From Squalus acanthias (lineage: Eukaryota): a stretch of 64,000 nucleotides of DNA. The notes beneath the pieces are model-generated. The model was not told the origin of the DNA. It ran no database searches and saw only the letters and a list, made by a program, of their open reading frames with translations. Position 1 is the stretch's first letter. Every line of letters starts with the position of its first letter. The stretch spans positions 97,652,001 to 97,716,000 of the forward strand of contig CM059432.1 of NCBI GenBank assembly GCA_030390025.1, in the 5' to 3' direction. Below, in pieces: positions 63,625-64,000 of this stretch. A program made the translations under genes and the position numbers.

Positions 63625-64000
63625 GTCCCTCCTGTTGATGCGAATAACTCCGCTTATCGTATCAATTAAAAATGGTGGTGAGCAAAATTATCCCGATTCT
63701 CCACATCCAAACACTCCCGGTACTTAAACTATCTATGGCCTCCATGCAGTCCTCATTTCCCAGGGAAATTACATTGTCTAAACTTGGACAAACCGTAGGC
63801 AGCATTGCCTTTAAACTTACACTGCGTATACGCCTTCCAGGTGCAAAAGGCCGATGCCTCTCGCACCACCTGCATATGCATGTTTTATTATAAAAGGAAA
63901 AATAATCAAACCAACTGTTTAAAAAAAAAGTTCCAAACTTAGTTACACATATTCATAACTAACAACAATCACAAAAAACGCACATGGTAAAATGAAGCGG
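63625..64000 (-). mobile_element. PPT and post-env untranslated region of the second provirus
   Basis: Reverse complement matches 27400-27754 (e.g. GATAAGCGGAGTTATTCGCATCAACAGGAGGGAC identical). Confidence 0.88.

Overview
Vertebrate genomic DNA, most likely from a cartilaginous fish (inferred from the repeat repertoire: CR1 LINEs, a Deu-domain SINE, LF-SINE-like copies, Harbinger elements, Penelope hammerhead ends). I found no supportable host gene exon; much of the window is nested mobile DNA. The centrepiece is a young, near-complete 12.7-kb provirus (16718-29386, +). It has 1.63-kb LTRs about 99% identical, an 18-nt tRNA-Arg(UCG) PBS, and gag joined to pol in frame by a UGA-CUAG readthrough codon. 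Pol carries a degenerate tether plus a second active-type RNase H. Env reads as signal peptide + immunoglobulin-like domain + furin-cleaved Mononegavirales-F-like fusion protein + TM, i.e. a lokiretrovirus-like element with an apparently captured Ig module. Four other related LTRs (three further subfamilies) are in the window, and all share a covarying T-loop/B-box-like hairpin in U5. The provirus sits inside an old Ty3/Gypsy element (about 10700-36785, -). That element also hosts a solo LTR (itself holding a CR1 fragment), a palindromic Penelope end with two hammerhead ribozymes, and a 28S rRNA-CR1 chimeric retrocopy, which is in turn interrupted by an apparently intact two-gene Harbinger transposon. 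All calls are by eye; no searches were run.
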